64,000 nucleotides of DNA from Laetmonice hystrix (GCA_965235115.1 OZ249436.1:42906001-42970000); one strand, 5' to 3'. Numbered from the stretch's first letter, positions 1 through 13,060 are shown. The notes: generated by a model from the letters alone, not told the origin. A program made the numbers and translations.

Positions 1-1545
1 CTGGGCACTGAGGTTAGGTTTAGTGGTAAGGGCAAGGCTAGAGATAGGGATAATTTCCTGGGGACAGGTATAGGCACTGAGGTTAGGTTTAGTGGTAAGG
101 GCAAGGCTAGGGATAGGGATACTTTCCTGGGGACAGGTCTGGGCACTGAGGTTAGGTTTAGTGGTAAGGGCAAGGCTAGGGGTAGGGATACTTTCCTGGG
201 GACAAGTCTGGTCACTGAGGTTAGGTTTAGTGGTAAGGGCAAGGCTAGAGATAGGGATAATTTCCTGGGGACAGGTATTGGCACTGAGGTTAGGTTTAGT
301 GGTAAGGGCAAGGCTAGGGGTAGGGATACTTTCCTGGGGACAAGTCTGGGCACTGAGGTTAGGTTTAGTGGTAAGGGCAAGGCTAGGGGTAGGGATACTT
401 TCCTGGGGACAAGTCTGGGCACTGAGGTTAGGTTTAGTGGTAAGGGCAAGGCTAGGGGTAGGGATACTTTTCTGGGGACAAGTCTGGGCACTGAGGTTAG
501 GTTTAGTGGTAAGGGCAAGGCTAGAGATAGGGATAATTTCCTGGGGACAGGTATAGGCACTGAGGTTAGGTTTAGTGGTAAGGGCAAGGCTAGGGATAGG
601 GATACTTTCCTGGGGACAGGTCTGGGCACTGAGGTTAGGTTTAGTGGTAAGGGCAAGGCTAGGGCTAGGGATACTTTCCTGGGGACAAGTCTGGGCACTG
701 AGGTTAGGTTTAGTGGTGAGGGCAAGGCTAGAGATAGGGATAATTTCCTGGGGACAGGTATAGGCACTGAGGTTAGGTTTAGTGGTAAGGGCAAGGCTAG
801 GGGTAGGGATACTTTCCTGGGGACAAGTCTGGGCACTGAGGTTAGGTTTAGTGGTAAGGGCAAGGCTAGGGATAGGGATAATTTCCTGGGGACAAGTCTG
901 GGCACTGAGGTTAGGTTTAGTGGTAAGGGCAAGGCTAAGGATAGGGATACTTTCCTGGAGACAAGTCTGGGCACTGAGGTTAGGTTTAGTGGTAAGGGCA
1001 AGGCTAGGGATAGGGATACTTTCCTGGAGACAAGTCTGGGTACTGAGGTTAGGTTTAGTGGTAAGGGCAAGGCTAGGGGTAGGGATACTTTTCTGGGGAC
1101 AAGTCTGGGTACTGAGGTTAGGTTTAGTGGTAAGGGCACGGCTAGGGATTGGGATACTTTTCTGGGGACAGGTATAGGCACTGAGGTTAGGTTTAGTGGT
1201 AAGGCCAAGGCTAGGGATTGGGATACTTTCCTGGGGACAGGTATAGGCACTGAGGTTAGGTTTAGTGGTACGGGCAAGGCTAGGGGTAGGGATACTTTTC
1301 TGGGGACAAGTCTGGGTACTGAGGTTAGGTTTAGTGGTAAGGGCACGGCTAGGGATAGGGATATTTTCCTGGGGACAATTCTGGGCACTGAGGTTAGGTT
1401 GAGTGGTACGGGCAAGGCTAGGGGTAGGGATAATTTCCTGGGGACAAGTTTGGGGAATAAGGTTAGGTTTAGTGGTATGGGCAAGGCTAGGGGTAGGGAT
1501 AATTTTCTGGGGACAAGTTTGGGGAATAAGGTTAGGGTTTGGTTT
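1..1545. repeat. 69-bp G-rich minisatellite, ~22 copies, built of telomere-like GGTTAG/GGGTAG variants
   Basis: Unit ctgggcactgaggttaggtttagtggtaagggcaaggctagggatagggatactttcctggggacaagt; period 69; extends past window start. Confidence 0.95.
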
Positions 1546-2148
1546 GGGGCTAGGAATGGGAATAGATTTGTAGTTCTGTCGTCAGATTTCGTAGTGATTT
1601 TACCATGAGAGATCATGCGCCTCATGCCACATATGTTGTAGTTACAAATTGTTATGTAATCCAATAACTGCTAGCGATGAGCAGATGGTCCGCTCAGCTG
1701 GCTGGGAGTGGGTTGGGTCAGTTGGCGGAAGGGTCTCGAGAGTGAGTAGTGGGAGTAGATTTTAAAAGGTAGTGGTACTTATGGTAGACATTCGAATCGC
1801 CCTGCGCGAAGACATTCGCTACTTTAGGCATTTGGGGGGGGAGCGTATTCTCTCAGAAGATGTTGAAGAAATAGACATCAAATGGTGCATTCTGGCGGCA
1901 AATTTTGTACAGTTTGAAGATTTGAGACTTGCTGTTGCTGATGATGACGGTGTGTGGGTGTGTGGGTGTGCGTGGGGGGAAGGGTGCCCAGGTAGCGGAA
2001 TCAGGACCGCCATGAGGGAGGAGAATAGTATCAAACACACCTCCATGAATTGGTCTCGCTCAGACAACGAATATCAGTCCCCTCAAGAACCAGAACGGGC
2101 ACAGGTGGAGAAAAAGAAAAAAAGGGAAAGAAATAAAGTCCACTTATT

Positions 2149-2280
2149 CGACCAGGTGTCCCAATTTCAGATTACCCCCTATCAGATTACCGGGGGGTAA
2201 CCTGAATTAACGCGCCAAACATTTTTTATCCGACTTCAATGGGGGGGGGGGGGGTAATCTGAAACTGTTACACCGGGTCG
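2149..2280. mobile_element. Short inverted-repeat (MITE-like) remnant
   Basis: cgaccaggtgtcccaatttcagattacccc versus ggggtaatctgaaactgttacaccgggtcg; no TSD resolved. Confidence 0.4.
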
Positions 2281-3071
2281 GCTAAGTGAATCCAACAATC
2301 AGCCTATCAGACCGAATGTAAAACGATTGACCTGAAATTCGCCTGGACGGGATTGGTTATGTTCGGGGGGGGGGGGGGGGGGAGGGGCTGCTGGGGCCTG
2401 CTGGGCCCGGCTAGATGGCGTCAATCAAGAGAACCACCTCAAGTCCCGTTTTTCTTCTGGAGAAAATCTACAGGTTCATAAAATCGGACGTAAATATAAC
2501 ACACCAAATGCCCGCCTTGACTTGGTTGGTTCAGTGATCGCTTAGAAATCCGGCCTTTAAACTGGTCGGTTCGTTGTGAGAGTCGGTGGTGAATCGTCAT
2601 GTAACAGAGCTCCTTCCATTGACAGGAGCAGATTGACAGATTGGCAGATCGGATATCATTGACAGTCTGTCATGGACGGAACACCAGAAATGACAGAGCA
2701 GGGAAAGCGTAAAATAAAAACAGTTAAAGATATTGGCATTCTGACGTGCCTTGTCAGTGTGGCAGAGATATGGAACTTTAATGATTTAATGAAAGTGATA
2801 TATGGATGACTTGTTGGCGTAAACATAAAGGGACACTGTGTCTGAGATGTCCAAAAGACCGTGTCTTCATTCATCCATTAAGAATAACACTTGTTTTTCA
2901 CTTTGATCAGACACAGCATTATTAACAAAACTGAGGCATCGCTTTGGGTCAAATTACAAAATGCTTTTCTCTACTGAAATCATCTTGGAAAAAAACAAGT
3001 TCATTTCATTAATGACAGGATGTTTAATCACATATTAGATGTTATTTATGGTCAGAAGGAAATATTGCAAA

Positions 3072-3488
3072 CATTGACCTTAACCTTGCAGAAACTACCG
3101 GTGTGACCTTCAAACGTGTTGTCATTGCCCTTGCAGGACCTACCACTGTGACCTTCAAACATGTTGTCATTGACCTTGCAGGAACTACCACTGTGACCTT
3201 CAAACATGTTGTCATTGACCTTGCAGGAACTACCACTGTGACCTTCAAACATGTTGTCCTTGACCTTGCAGGAACTACCACTGTGACCTTCAAACAGTGA
3301 CCTTGCAGGAACTATCACTGTGACCTTCAAACATGTTGTCCTTGACCTTGCAGGAACTACCACTGTGACCTTTAAACATTTACCTTGCAGGAGCTATCGC
3401 TGTGACCTTCAAACATGTTGTACTTGACCTTGCAGGAACTACCACTGTGACCTTCAAACATGTTGTACTTGACCTTGCAGGAACTACC
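3072..3488 (+). repeat. 45-bp tandem array containing the 3' splice site of exon A (10 copies of ttgcag|gaactacc)
   Basis: Unit tgtgaccttcaaacatgttgtcattgaccttgcaggaactaccac; the last copy runs into exon A. Confidence 0.95.
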
Positions 3489-3633
3489 GGCGCCGTATCA
3501 TGCACGAACACAGCACAGTGAAGATACCGGAGGATGTACCACGTGACAGTCAGCAGGTGTACGACACTGTAATCTGGACATCTAAACTGGACAAGATCTT
3601 TAGGCGCAACCGGCAGGACGACCCCAGCCTCAG
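3481..3633 (+). CDS. alpha-2/delta / CACHD1-family protein, internal exon A (VWA_N / first Cache N-terminal part)
   Basis: Acceptor ttgaccttgcag|, donor ctcag|gtacgt. Translates NYRRRIMHEHSTVKIPEDVPRDSQQVYDTVIWTSKLDKIFRRNRQDDPSL(R), matching the alpha2delta 'SxVxIP...WTxxLDxxFxxNxxxDPxL' segment. The phase-2 end joins exon B as DPSLR|WQYFGSSTG. Confidence 0.92.
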
Positions 3634-4063
3634 GTACGTGCAGCCTCAGCCCCCAGCCTTAGATATTTACAGCCCCCAGCCTCAGGTACGTGCAGCCCCA
3701 GACCCCAGCCTCAGATATGTACAGCCTCAAACCCCAGCCTCAGGTACGTACAGCCTCAGACCCCGGGCTCGGATATGTACAGCCTCAGACCCCAGCCTGA
3801 GGTCCGTACTGCCTCAGACCCCAGCCTCAGACCCCAGCCTCAGGTACGTACAGCCTCAGATCCCAGCCCCAGGTCCGTACAGCCTCAGACCCCAGCCTGA
3901 GGTCCGTACAGCCTCACACACCAGCCCCAGGTACGTACAGCCTCAGACCCTAGCCTCAGGTACGTACAGCCTCAGACCCCAGGCTAAGGTACGTACAGCC
4001 TCAAACCCTAGCCTCAGGTACGTACAGCCTCAGACCCCAGCCCCAGGTACGTACAGCCTCAGA
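3620..4063 (+). repeat. 29-bp tandem array containing the 5' splice site of exon A
   Basis: Unit gaccccagcctcag|gtacgtacagcctca; the first copy is the exon end plus donor; nine copies retain AG|GTACGT. Confidence 0.93.
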
Positions 4064-4179
4064 GTCCCACTCTGTCGTCTGTTTGCGGTGATCTGAACGC
4101 CGTGTTTGCCCGATGTGAACATTGATTTCTCACAGGCAACAGTGTTTGTCACTGTTACACAGATACGGACGCTCGCTTA

Positions 4180-4617
4180 TCTGTCTCTCTATCTGTCTCG
4201 TTTCCTGTCTCTCTATGTCTCCCTTCCTGTCTCTCTGTCTGTCTCCCTTCCTGTTTCTCTGTCTGTCTCCCTTCCTGTCCCTCTGTCTGTCTCCCTTCCT
4301 GTCCCTCTGCCTGTCTCCCTTCCTGTCTCTGTCTGTCTCCCTTCCTGTCCCTCTGCCTGTCCCCCTTCCTGTCCCTCTGTCTGTCTCCCTTCCTGTCCCT
4401 CTGCCTGTCCCCCTTCCTGTCCCTCTGTCTGTCTCCCTTCCTGTCCCTCTGCCTGTCCCCCTTCCTGTCTCTCTGTCTGTCTCCCTTCCTGTCTCTCTGT
4501 CTGTTTCCCTTCCTGTCCCTCTGCCTGTCCCCCTTCCTGTCCCTCTGCCTGTCCCCCTTCCTGTCTCTCTGTCTGTCTCGTTTCCTGTCTCTGCCTGTCT
4601 CCCTTCCTGTCTCTCCT
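4180..4617. repeat. Pyrimidine-rich 24-bp tandem repeat
   Basis: (ctgtctcccttcctgtccctctgy)n. Confidence 0.9.
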
Positions 4618-5022
4618 TTATGCAGTCAATGTTAGATATAGTCTAGCTTGAAGGTGCTGGGAGAGTCATTAAAGACAGGTCTCAAAGTATGTAGACATCA
4701 AAGGCTTGGTGATATTGTGAACTTTGAACAGTGAATTTATAACAGAGCATTGTGAGCCTATGAGGAGAGGGCAGGCGAGGCAATTAGATTTCCTTAGGGG
4801 GAAATACACCAAGTATTGATTCTACAACACTTCAGTTTTAGCGCCTGCTCTGTTTAATTCTAAATATACATTTTTAGACACGTTTGAATGCAGTCGCCCC
4901 GATCTGCTCATCCTCTTGGATACTTTGCTGAAGAAATCAAACAGCAATTATCTATTGTTTCAAAGTAAACCATAAAGCCATCTTTTCATGATTCTTGATC
5001 AATGTTTGATGGACTGAAAGAG

Positions 5023-6019
5023 GCGTTATTGTAAGGAGTAGGAGACTTCTAGGGAATGGAGCGTTATTGTAAGGAGCGACAGGCTTACACTGACAGAGAA
5101 TGTAGTGTTATTGTAAGGAGCGGGAGGATTGTACACTGACAGAGAATAGAGCGTTATTGTAAGGGGCGGGAGGCTTAAGTGCTGAACCCACCAAGGCGAT
5201 TCCCCTTGCGACGCCCATGCGGTTTTGACATCACACTTTTATTTTACTGTAATTTTGAGATTAAAGGATGGAACCCATTTCCTGAAACGGAGAAGGCCGG
5301 CCAGGAAAAATTTCAGAGTGAAATTCCACCATTAAATCAAAAACCGCATGGCCGTCGCAAGGGGAATCGCCTTGGTGGGTTCAGCACTTTACACTGACAG
5401 AGAATGGAGCGCTATTGTAAGGGGCGACAGGCTTACACTGTCAGAGAATGGAGCGCTATTGTAAGGAGAGGCAGGCTTACACTGACAGAGAATGGAGCGT
5501 TATTGTAAGGAGCGGCAGGCTTACACTGACAGAGAATGGAGCGTTATTGTAAGGGGCGGGAGGCTTACACTGACAGAGACTGAATGGAGCGCTATTGTAA
5601 GGGGCGGGAGGCTTACACTGACAGAGAATGGAGCGCTATTGTAAGGAGCGGGAGGCTTACACTGTCAGAGAATGGAGCGTTATTGTAAGGAGCGACAGGC
5701 TTACACTGCCAGAGAATGGAGCGCTATTGTAAGGGGCGGGAGGCTTCTACACTGGCAGAGAATGGAGCGTTATTGTAAGGAGCAACAGGCTTACACTGAC
5801 AGAGAATGGAGCTTTATTGTAAGGAGCGACAGGCTTACACTGACAGAGAATGGAGCGCTATTGTAAGGAGTGAGAGGCTTACACTGACAGAGAATGGAGC
5901 GCTATTGTAAGGGGCGACAGGCTTACACTGTCAGAGAATGGAGCGCTATTGTAAGGAGAGGCAGGCTTACACTGACAGAGAATGGAGCGTTATTATAAGG
6001 AGCGGGGGCTTACACTGAC
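5023..6019. repeat. 44-bp minisatellite interrupted by a MITE
   Basis: Unit gagcgttattgtaaggagcgggaggcttacactgacagagaatg. Confidence 0.93.
5178..5388. mobile_element. PIF/Harbinger-type (Tourist-like) MITE, 211 bp, TTA TSD
   Basis: ~50-bp TIR agtgctgaacccaccaaggcgattccccttgcgacg...; TTA at 5175-5177 and 5389-5391; removal restores the array unit aggc-tta-cactgac. Confidence 0.85.
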
Positions 6020-6397
6020 TGGGTTCCCCGATAACATTCCAATAGAACAAGTTTGGTTGGCTCTAAACAAAAAGACACTTAGATGTTTATGTGAGGTATA
6101 AGATGACCCCGCTTGACCCCGTCCTTGTAAACACGACTTTGTAGTCATAGAAACTCGGATCGTACCCAAACGAGGCCAGTCGTTCTCAGCGACCGGAAGG
6201 ATGCCAATGTAATGTCGTGGCTGGTCGGGGTATTCTCCACTTAAATTGTGATGAGGCTGAAGGGTTTTATTTCAATGGTGTTTGAGGTGACGCCTGCATC
6301 AACTTGAGACGGTCTATTGTTTCCAATGACGAGCTGTCGCTTTCGACACTCAGGATCGTTTCGTCTCATTACCTAACACATTTGACACATAACCTAT

Positions 6398-8014
6398 CTC
6401 CGTCAATACCGGGTATAGTCAGTAGTCATCAAGTACTCCATCAATACCGGGCATAGTCAGTAGTCATCAAGTACTCCGTCAATACCACGCATAGTCAGTC
6501 GTCATCAAGTACTCCATCAATACCAGGCATAGTCAGTAGTCATCAAGTACTCCACCAATACCAGGCATAGTCAGTCGTCATCAAGTACTCCATCAGGACT
6601 GGGCATAGTCAGTCGTCATCAAGTACTCCGTCAATACCGGGCATAGTCAGTAGTCATCAAGTACTCCGCCAATACCGGGCATAGTCAGTAGTCATCAAGT
6701 ACTCCGTCAATACCGGGCATAGTCAGTAGTCATCAAGTACTCCGTCAATACCGGGCATAGTCAGTAGTCATCAAGTACTCCGTCAGGACCGGGCATAGTC
6801 AGTCGTCATCAAGTACTCCGTCAATACCGGGCATAGTCAGTAGTCATCAAGTACTCCGTCAGGACCGGGCATAATCAGTAGTCATCAAGTACTCCATCAA
6901 TACCGGCATAGTCAGTAGTCATCAAGTACTCCGTCAGGACCGGGCATAGTCAGTAGTCATCAAGTATTCCATCAGGACCGGGCATAGTCAGTAGTCATCA
7001 AGTACTCCGTCAGGACCGGGCATAGTCAGTAGTCATCAAGTATTCCATCAGGACCGGGCATAGTCAGTAGTCATCAAGTACTCCATCAGGACCGGGCATA
7101 GTCAGTAGTCATCATGTACTCTGTCAATACCGGGCATTGTCAGTAGTCATTAAGTACTCCATCAATACTGGGCATAGTCAGTAGTCATCAAGTACTCCGT
7201 CAATACCGGGCATAGTCAGTAGTCATTAAGTACTCCGTCAATACCAGGCATAGTCAGTAGTCATCAAGTACTCCGTCAATACCGGGCATAGTCAGTAGTC
7301 ATCGAGTACTCCATCAATACCGGGTATAGTCAGTAGTCATCAAGTACTCCATCAATACCAGGCATAGTCAGTAGTCATCAAGTACTCCGTCAGGACCGGG
7401 CATAGTCAGTAGTCATCAAGTACTCCATCAATACCGGGCATAGTCGGTAGTCATCAAGGACTCCGTCAATACCGGGCATAGTCAGTAGTCATCAGGTACT
7501 CCATCAATACCAGGCATAGTCAGTAGTCATCAAGTACTCCGCCAATACCGGGCATAGTCAGTAGTCATCAAGTACTCCGTCAATACCGGGCATAGTCAGT
7601 AGTCATCAAGTACTCCGTCAGGACCAGGCATAGTCAGTAGTCATCAAGTACTCCGTCAATACCGGGCATAGTCAGTAGTCATCAAGTACTCCGTCAATAC
7701 CGGGCATAGTCAGTAGTCATCAAGTACTCCGTCAGGACCAGGCATAGTCAGTAGTCATCAAGTACTCCATCAATACCGGGCATAGTCAGTAGTCATCAAG
7801 TACTCCATCAATACCAGGCATAGTCAGTAGTCATCAGGTACTCCATCAATACCGGGCATAGTCAGTAGTCATCAAGTACTCCGTCAATACCGGGCATAGT
7901 CAGTAGTCATCAAGTACTCCGTCAGGACCAGGCATAGTCAGTAGTCATCAAGTACTCCGTCAATACCGGGCATAGTCAGTAGTCATCAAGTACTCCGTCA
8001 ATACCAAGCATAGT
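6398..8014. repeat. 38-bp minisatellite, ~42 copies
   Basis: Unit ctccgtcaataccgggcatagtcagtagtcatcaagta, with interspersed aat/agg and g/a variants. Confidence 0.96.
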
Positions 8015-10097
8015 TGTGGTAGGCATGGGGGTTCACTGTGACCAGTAAGTCTTGTTCACTGTGACGAGTACCCCGTTCAATGTGATCAGGTGGCCCAGTG
8101 TGACTGCTGATCACAAGGTTAAGGCCTCGGAAACAGGAGGTGTTGATTGCCCATTACCACTGTCTGCACTGTCTGTCCTAGAAGTAATGAGTTTTATATA
8201 GGCAGGGCCAAGGGTCGGACTCATTTGCATTTGTAACGGTAAACTGGCTTAGAGGGGTGTCATGTTCCTTCAAACTTGATGAGAATGACAACACTGAGGG
8301 GCGCCAGACAAAGAGGACCTCTCAGAAAGAGAATTACAAATGGTCTTTTAGTACAGTTTTCTCGGGGACGGAGCTGCAGCAAGTGTCATCTACGGTGGCC
8401 GATACGCACAAACTGGGGAGTGTTTCACCAACGAGTTGGTTTTACTAAGCGCGTAGGACCGGTCCGACCGGCGACGGACAGTCTGTCGCTCGGCTCTAGG
8501 GCCTGCAATATTTGGTCCGTCGCCTCAGACGGCCGACGCGCTTAGTGAAACAGCCCCTTGGTGTAGTTTTTTCCTCCGCTGCATTTCGCTGCTGTCCTGC
8601 ACGATTCGCACAGTTAGCATGGTTTCCCTTGTCAAATGGGATTTACCGCTGGCAATGAGAGAAGCGAAATCTGCTAGCATTAAAAAGGTAGTACTTTTCG
8701 GCCACCGTAGTCGTCGGTTGATATCTTTGTGAGAGTTATTGTCTCGGCGTGATGACAGAGTGTATGGCCACACTCAGCTCAGTAATCTATTCCATAGAAT
8801 GAACTCTCTCTAGATCATACCGAGCGCATAAACCTGTCGGAAATTATCGTCAGCAAGATGGCCATGCATACGGCAAAAATATCGGCATGCCCTCAGACAC
8901 CTAAAAGGTTTCCGTACTTTCACATTATCTATGGTCTCAGTTTACGTTAACAGGGCCGAATCTAGGGAAATGATGGTAAGTTCCCCGTCATTCTGGGGAA
9001 AGGGGTTTTCACCTGGTCACCTTTTAAATTTCATTATGTATAGACAAGTCTAAGAATACTTTATTCTCTCCCAGACTTCTCCTTGAAGAGTAACGTCCTC
9101 GGCCTGTGTTATTTTTTCACGTACTATATTATTGGCTGGGCCCTGCTGTATTTCTGTAGGGAATCCAGAAATCATAATAGGAATTATATCCTGGAGCCAA
9201 TATCCTAAATTTCCAATTCAGAGCCCTTGACTCGTGCGCCCGGCGGCCTTCGCTCATTGGTCTTTATGGGTCCGTGGTATGCCCCCCCTCGACATCCCAT
9301 GTTATGGTGGGATGTCGGGGCGTTTGGACTTTACAGCCGGTTTTTGATTCATTCATCGGCCGGTAGGGGTCAGTAATATCAATGTCCAGTTTCAGTAATT
9401 GATGACGGTGGTCGGGAGAACCGTCTTCCAGACTAGTCGAACCTGTCCCACTTCTCTCTGAATGGCTCGATATATCTGGCCTGGAGACGGGGCTGGCTCC
9501 TCCTAGGCGTAACTAGCGAGCAAAATGGTAATGGAAATGTGTTGTATCAAGGCTACGGCTTGCGTCCGTTCACAGCCGGGGCTCATTGAAAGGGTGACTG
9601 GCGGGCCTTGCCTCATCAGACCCGGGTATAATTAGTAAAATCTAATTCTGCCCCCGCCGCCGGCCGCGGAGTCGTTGATATATTGTCATATCGAGCATGT
9701 TGTCACCCCACACAGGGCTTGTGTACTTTATGAAGTGAATTGCGGTGCTAAGGAAACCGATGGCCGATTGCTCTCAGCGTTATGAGATTCTCGGCGTTCT
9801 GGGCCATTAAACTGAGATAGTGAAGATGGGGGTTTTCGGTTCTCTTGCTCCAGGGTATAGGGCCATGTTTCTTTGAGTGATTCAGTGCCCCACACCCTCC
9901 CCGCCCCCGTCTCACCACCCTCACCAGTCACACAATAGTGGTTCTCGAAAGGTTGACAATAGTAGGCTCGGATCTAGGGGTTCCATGGAACACCCCCCCC
10001 CCCACCGATACCAAACAATATAGGGATCATTACCTAATACACCAAACCAGGCCTCCTGGCCCAACCTTTTACCTTGTCCATGGGAACACTTTTGTGG

Positions 10098-10660
10098 CTC
10101 CTAGACCGTAGACTCCCCTGCTGAACCCTAGACTCCCCCTCCCGGACCGTAGGCCCCTCCTAGACCCTACCCCCACCTCCTGGACCCTAGACTCCCCTGC
10201 TGGACCCTAGACTCCCCCCCCGGACCGTAGGCCCCTCCTAGACCCTACCCCCACCTCCTGGAACCTAGACTCCCCTGCTGGACCCTAGACTCCCCCTCCC
10301 GGACCGTAGGCCCCTCCTAGACCCTACCCCCACCTCCTGGACCCTAGACTCCCCTGCTGAACCCTAGACTCCCCCTCCCGGACCGTAGGCCCCTCCTAGA
10401 CCCTACCCCCACCTCCTGGACCCTAGACTCCCCTGCTGGATCCTAGACTCCCCCTCCCGGACCGTAGGCCCCTCCTAGACCCTACCCCCACCTCCTGGAA
10501 CCTAGACTCCCCTGCTGGACCCTAGACTCCCCCTCCCGGACCCAGACCCCCCTCCTGGACCTGAGACCTGCCCTTGCCCCTCCCGGACCCAAACGCCCCA
10601 TCCTAGACCCTAGATTCCCTCTCCTGGACCGTAGACAGGACCATAGACTCCCCCTCCTGG
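10098..10660. repeat. 79-bp higher-order repeat made of ~20-bp C-rich subunits
   Basis: Subunits related to ggaccctagactcccctcct; higher-order period 78-79. Confidence 0.88.
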
Positions 10661-10799
10661 AACTGACCCCCCCCCCCCCCCCGGGTATTCACCATCGCCG
10701 GGATAAATAGGTGGGAGATATCGGTATGTGGTTTATAAACTGAAGATAATCCTTGATAATGCGGGAGTGAGGAGCCCCTCCTGGTCCACCCAGAGGGGC

Positions 10800-10881
10800 C
10801 ACCCCCACCCACACCCACACCCACACCCACACACCCTCTCACACCCCCACCCACACCCACACCCACACTCACACCCACACC
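10800..10881. repeat. (CACACC)n microsatellite
   Basis: Direct reading. Confidence 0.9.
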
Positions 10882-11282
10882 CTGCCCCAGGGCGGGGGTT
10901 GATCAATCAAACAGACGCCCGGGGTTTATGCAGATTAGTTCCGTTCCTAAGACAGGGATCTAATGAACCACGGAATCCGGCAGTGATCACACTAGGTAAA
11001 GTCGGCTTGGCCTGCCGCCTCGCTCCCCCTCGAGAAAAATATTATAATTTGAAAAAATAAAATATCTAATAGTTGTAACTCTGGCTTGATCTCTGTGTCC
11101 TGTTTGCCTACTGATATGTGGATACATAATATTATGTAAGTCATTTTAAAATAGAAGACGAAGACGGAAGGGGGAAACAGTCATTTACCCCGATTCCCCA
11201 ATTTCCATTTTTTAGTGGCAAATCAGGAACAGTGTCATTCACTGGAGACTGTCCCAGATCTACAGTAGAGTTGATAAAAATC

Positions 11283-11437
11283 TAGAATTTATCATGTGGG
11301 TCGTGTACTAACCGGCCAAACGTTAGAATTTATTATATGGGTCGTGTACTAATCGGCCAAACGTTAGAATTTATCATATGGGTCGTGTACTAATCGGCCA
11401 AACGTTAGAATTTATCATATGAGTCGTGTACTAATCG
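11283..11437. repeat. 41-bp tandem repeat, ~3.7 copies
   Basis: tagaatttatcatatgggtcgtgtactaatcggccaaacgt. Confidence 0.9.
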
Positions 11438-12184
11438 GAGAAACCAGGCCATTGATTCTCATTTGTTTGAATTACACTGAATACAGATGGTTGAATTTAA
11501 AGGAAAATGTCCGTGAAAGAACTTGAATTGGTTGTTCAGGTAAGCGTGGGAGTCCTTTCAGGGAGCGTGATGGATAACCAGGCGGGGGGAGTACCCCCCT
11601 GGCCCCCCCGCCCCCCCTGGCCCCCCTGGCCCCCCCCCACCCCCGCCACCCCTACAGCCGCCACCCACTGCGAGAGGGTCACGGCATCACGTCCAATCAC
11701 AGCGTTGGCACGGCCACCGGCGTCCGGTTACAGCTGCTCGAGTGACAGATGGTTGCTGCCCCCGGTTACAGCTGCTCGGGTGACAGATGGCTGCTGCCCC
11801 CGGTTACAGCTGCTCGGGTGTCAAGAGTCGTGAAGGTCGTCTTAAAACACCTCGATCACTGTCGGTATTTTTGTTACGACCCAGTAATTATAATCAAAAT
11901 ATAAAACAGTAGGCGAATTGTAACCAAAATATAAAACAACGATTATAACCAAAATATAAATAGGGAGAAAAACATGTTTGTTTGTGGCAGTCGCGGTTGA
12001 TAACATTTCCCCCCAATATTATTGACATGTGTTCCTTCGAACATCGATCTCCGTTTCTAAGGCTGTCGTTTACCCTCATCCAACGGTTTCAGAATGATCA
12101 TTGGGAGATGTGATACAAGGGTGTGAACTTTTAGGATTCTGTGGGTGAGATATCAGTACAGATAGTATTAACGGATGATCTTAA

Positions 12185-12523
12185 AGGTGCTATTCGTGAA
12201 AAAAATTCAATTTTTTTATTTTTAATTTTGTTGACGTTTATGTGATCCCACCTATCATGGAAATAGATTCAAACCAAAGGAAATCAAATTTTTTCATGGA
12301 TAACGGCACAAATGGGGCTCTCTCAGAAGGCCTGTGGAGACCCTGGCACGCCCCACCATAGGAAATGGCTCTATCTCGGTGCGCACCGAGATAGGTTTCA
12401 AATGCTTCACACAAACTATTAGAAGGTTTATCAGGCCAATGGTATCGGTAGGAATTTTTTCTAGTACTATGTGCACAATGTATGACAGGAGAAATGTCAT
12501 TCTGTGCGAGACGAATAGCACCT
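12185..12523. mobile_element. Non-autonomous DNA transposon with TTAA TSD (Kolobok-like termini)
   Basis: ttaa|aggtgctattcgt ... acgaatagcacct|ttaa; 13-bp perfect TIR, AGG...CCT ends. Confidence 0.75.
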
Positions 12524-13060
12524 TTAAAGCTAAAAGGCTGAAATAATCTCATTATCAGGGCTTACTTCGCCACAGCGCCTGAAAATCTCGGCATCAGCAA
12601 TGAATCGCCATTCGGGTCCCTTGCTATCCTGGATTCATTTTAAAAATTGAAAAAAAAATTTACCAGCCTCTGGAACAACTCACAAACTCGATAAGGCAAT
12701 AATTGTAACGATTTACCCAACCATCTCCTGCTCAGAAAATATCCGGTTTGTTAGTTACATGACATGAAATTTTTGTTTGATTTAATCCAACAATAGTGGA
12801 GGTAATCAAAATCAAGCAGGCCAGGAAATATGTTTTTATATGTCCAGTGAGTGCCTCCTGCTGGGACCACCCCAGGCAGGGTGAGGCGTGAACCATACGG
12901 GCAGGGCGGCCCCGAGCACGAGTGGGCGAGTTCTCGGCTGTGATCATAGTACATGGCCCCGCATTGCCCGGGGTATATACTGCCTACTGATGAACCACTG
13001 ACATTTATCATATATATTGATCAAAAGATCCTCACATGTGCAATCAGCACACTTGGCAGA

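Noticed and set aside
6398..8014. CRISPR-like appearance of 30-45 bp repeats
   Set aside because: Units are head-to-tail with no unique spacers; no cas genes; spliceosomal gene context.
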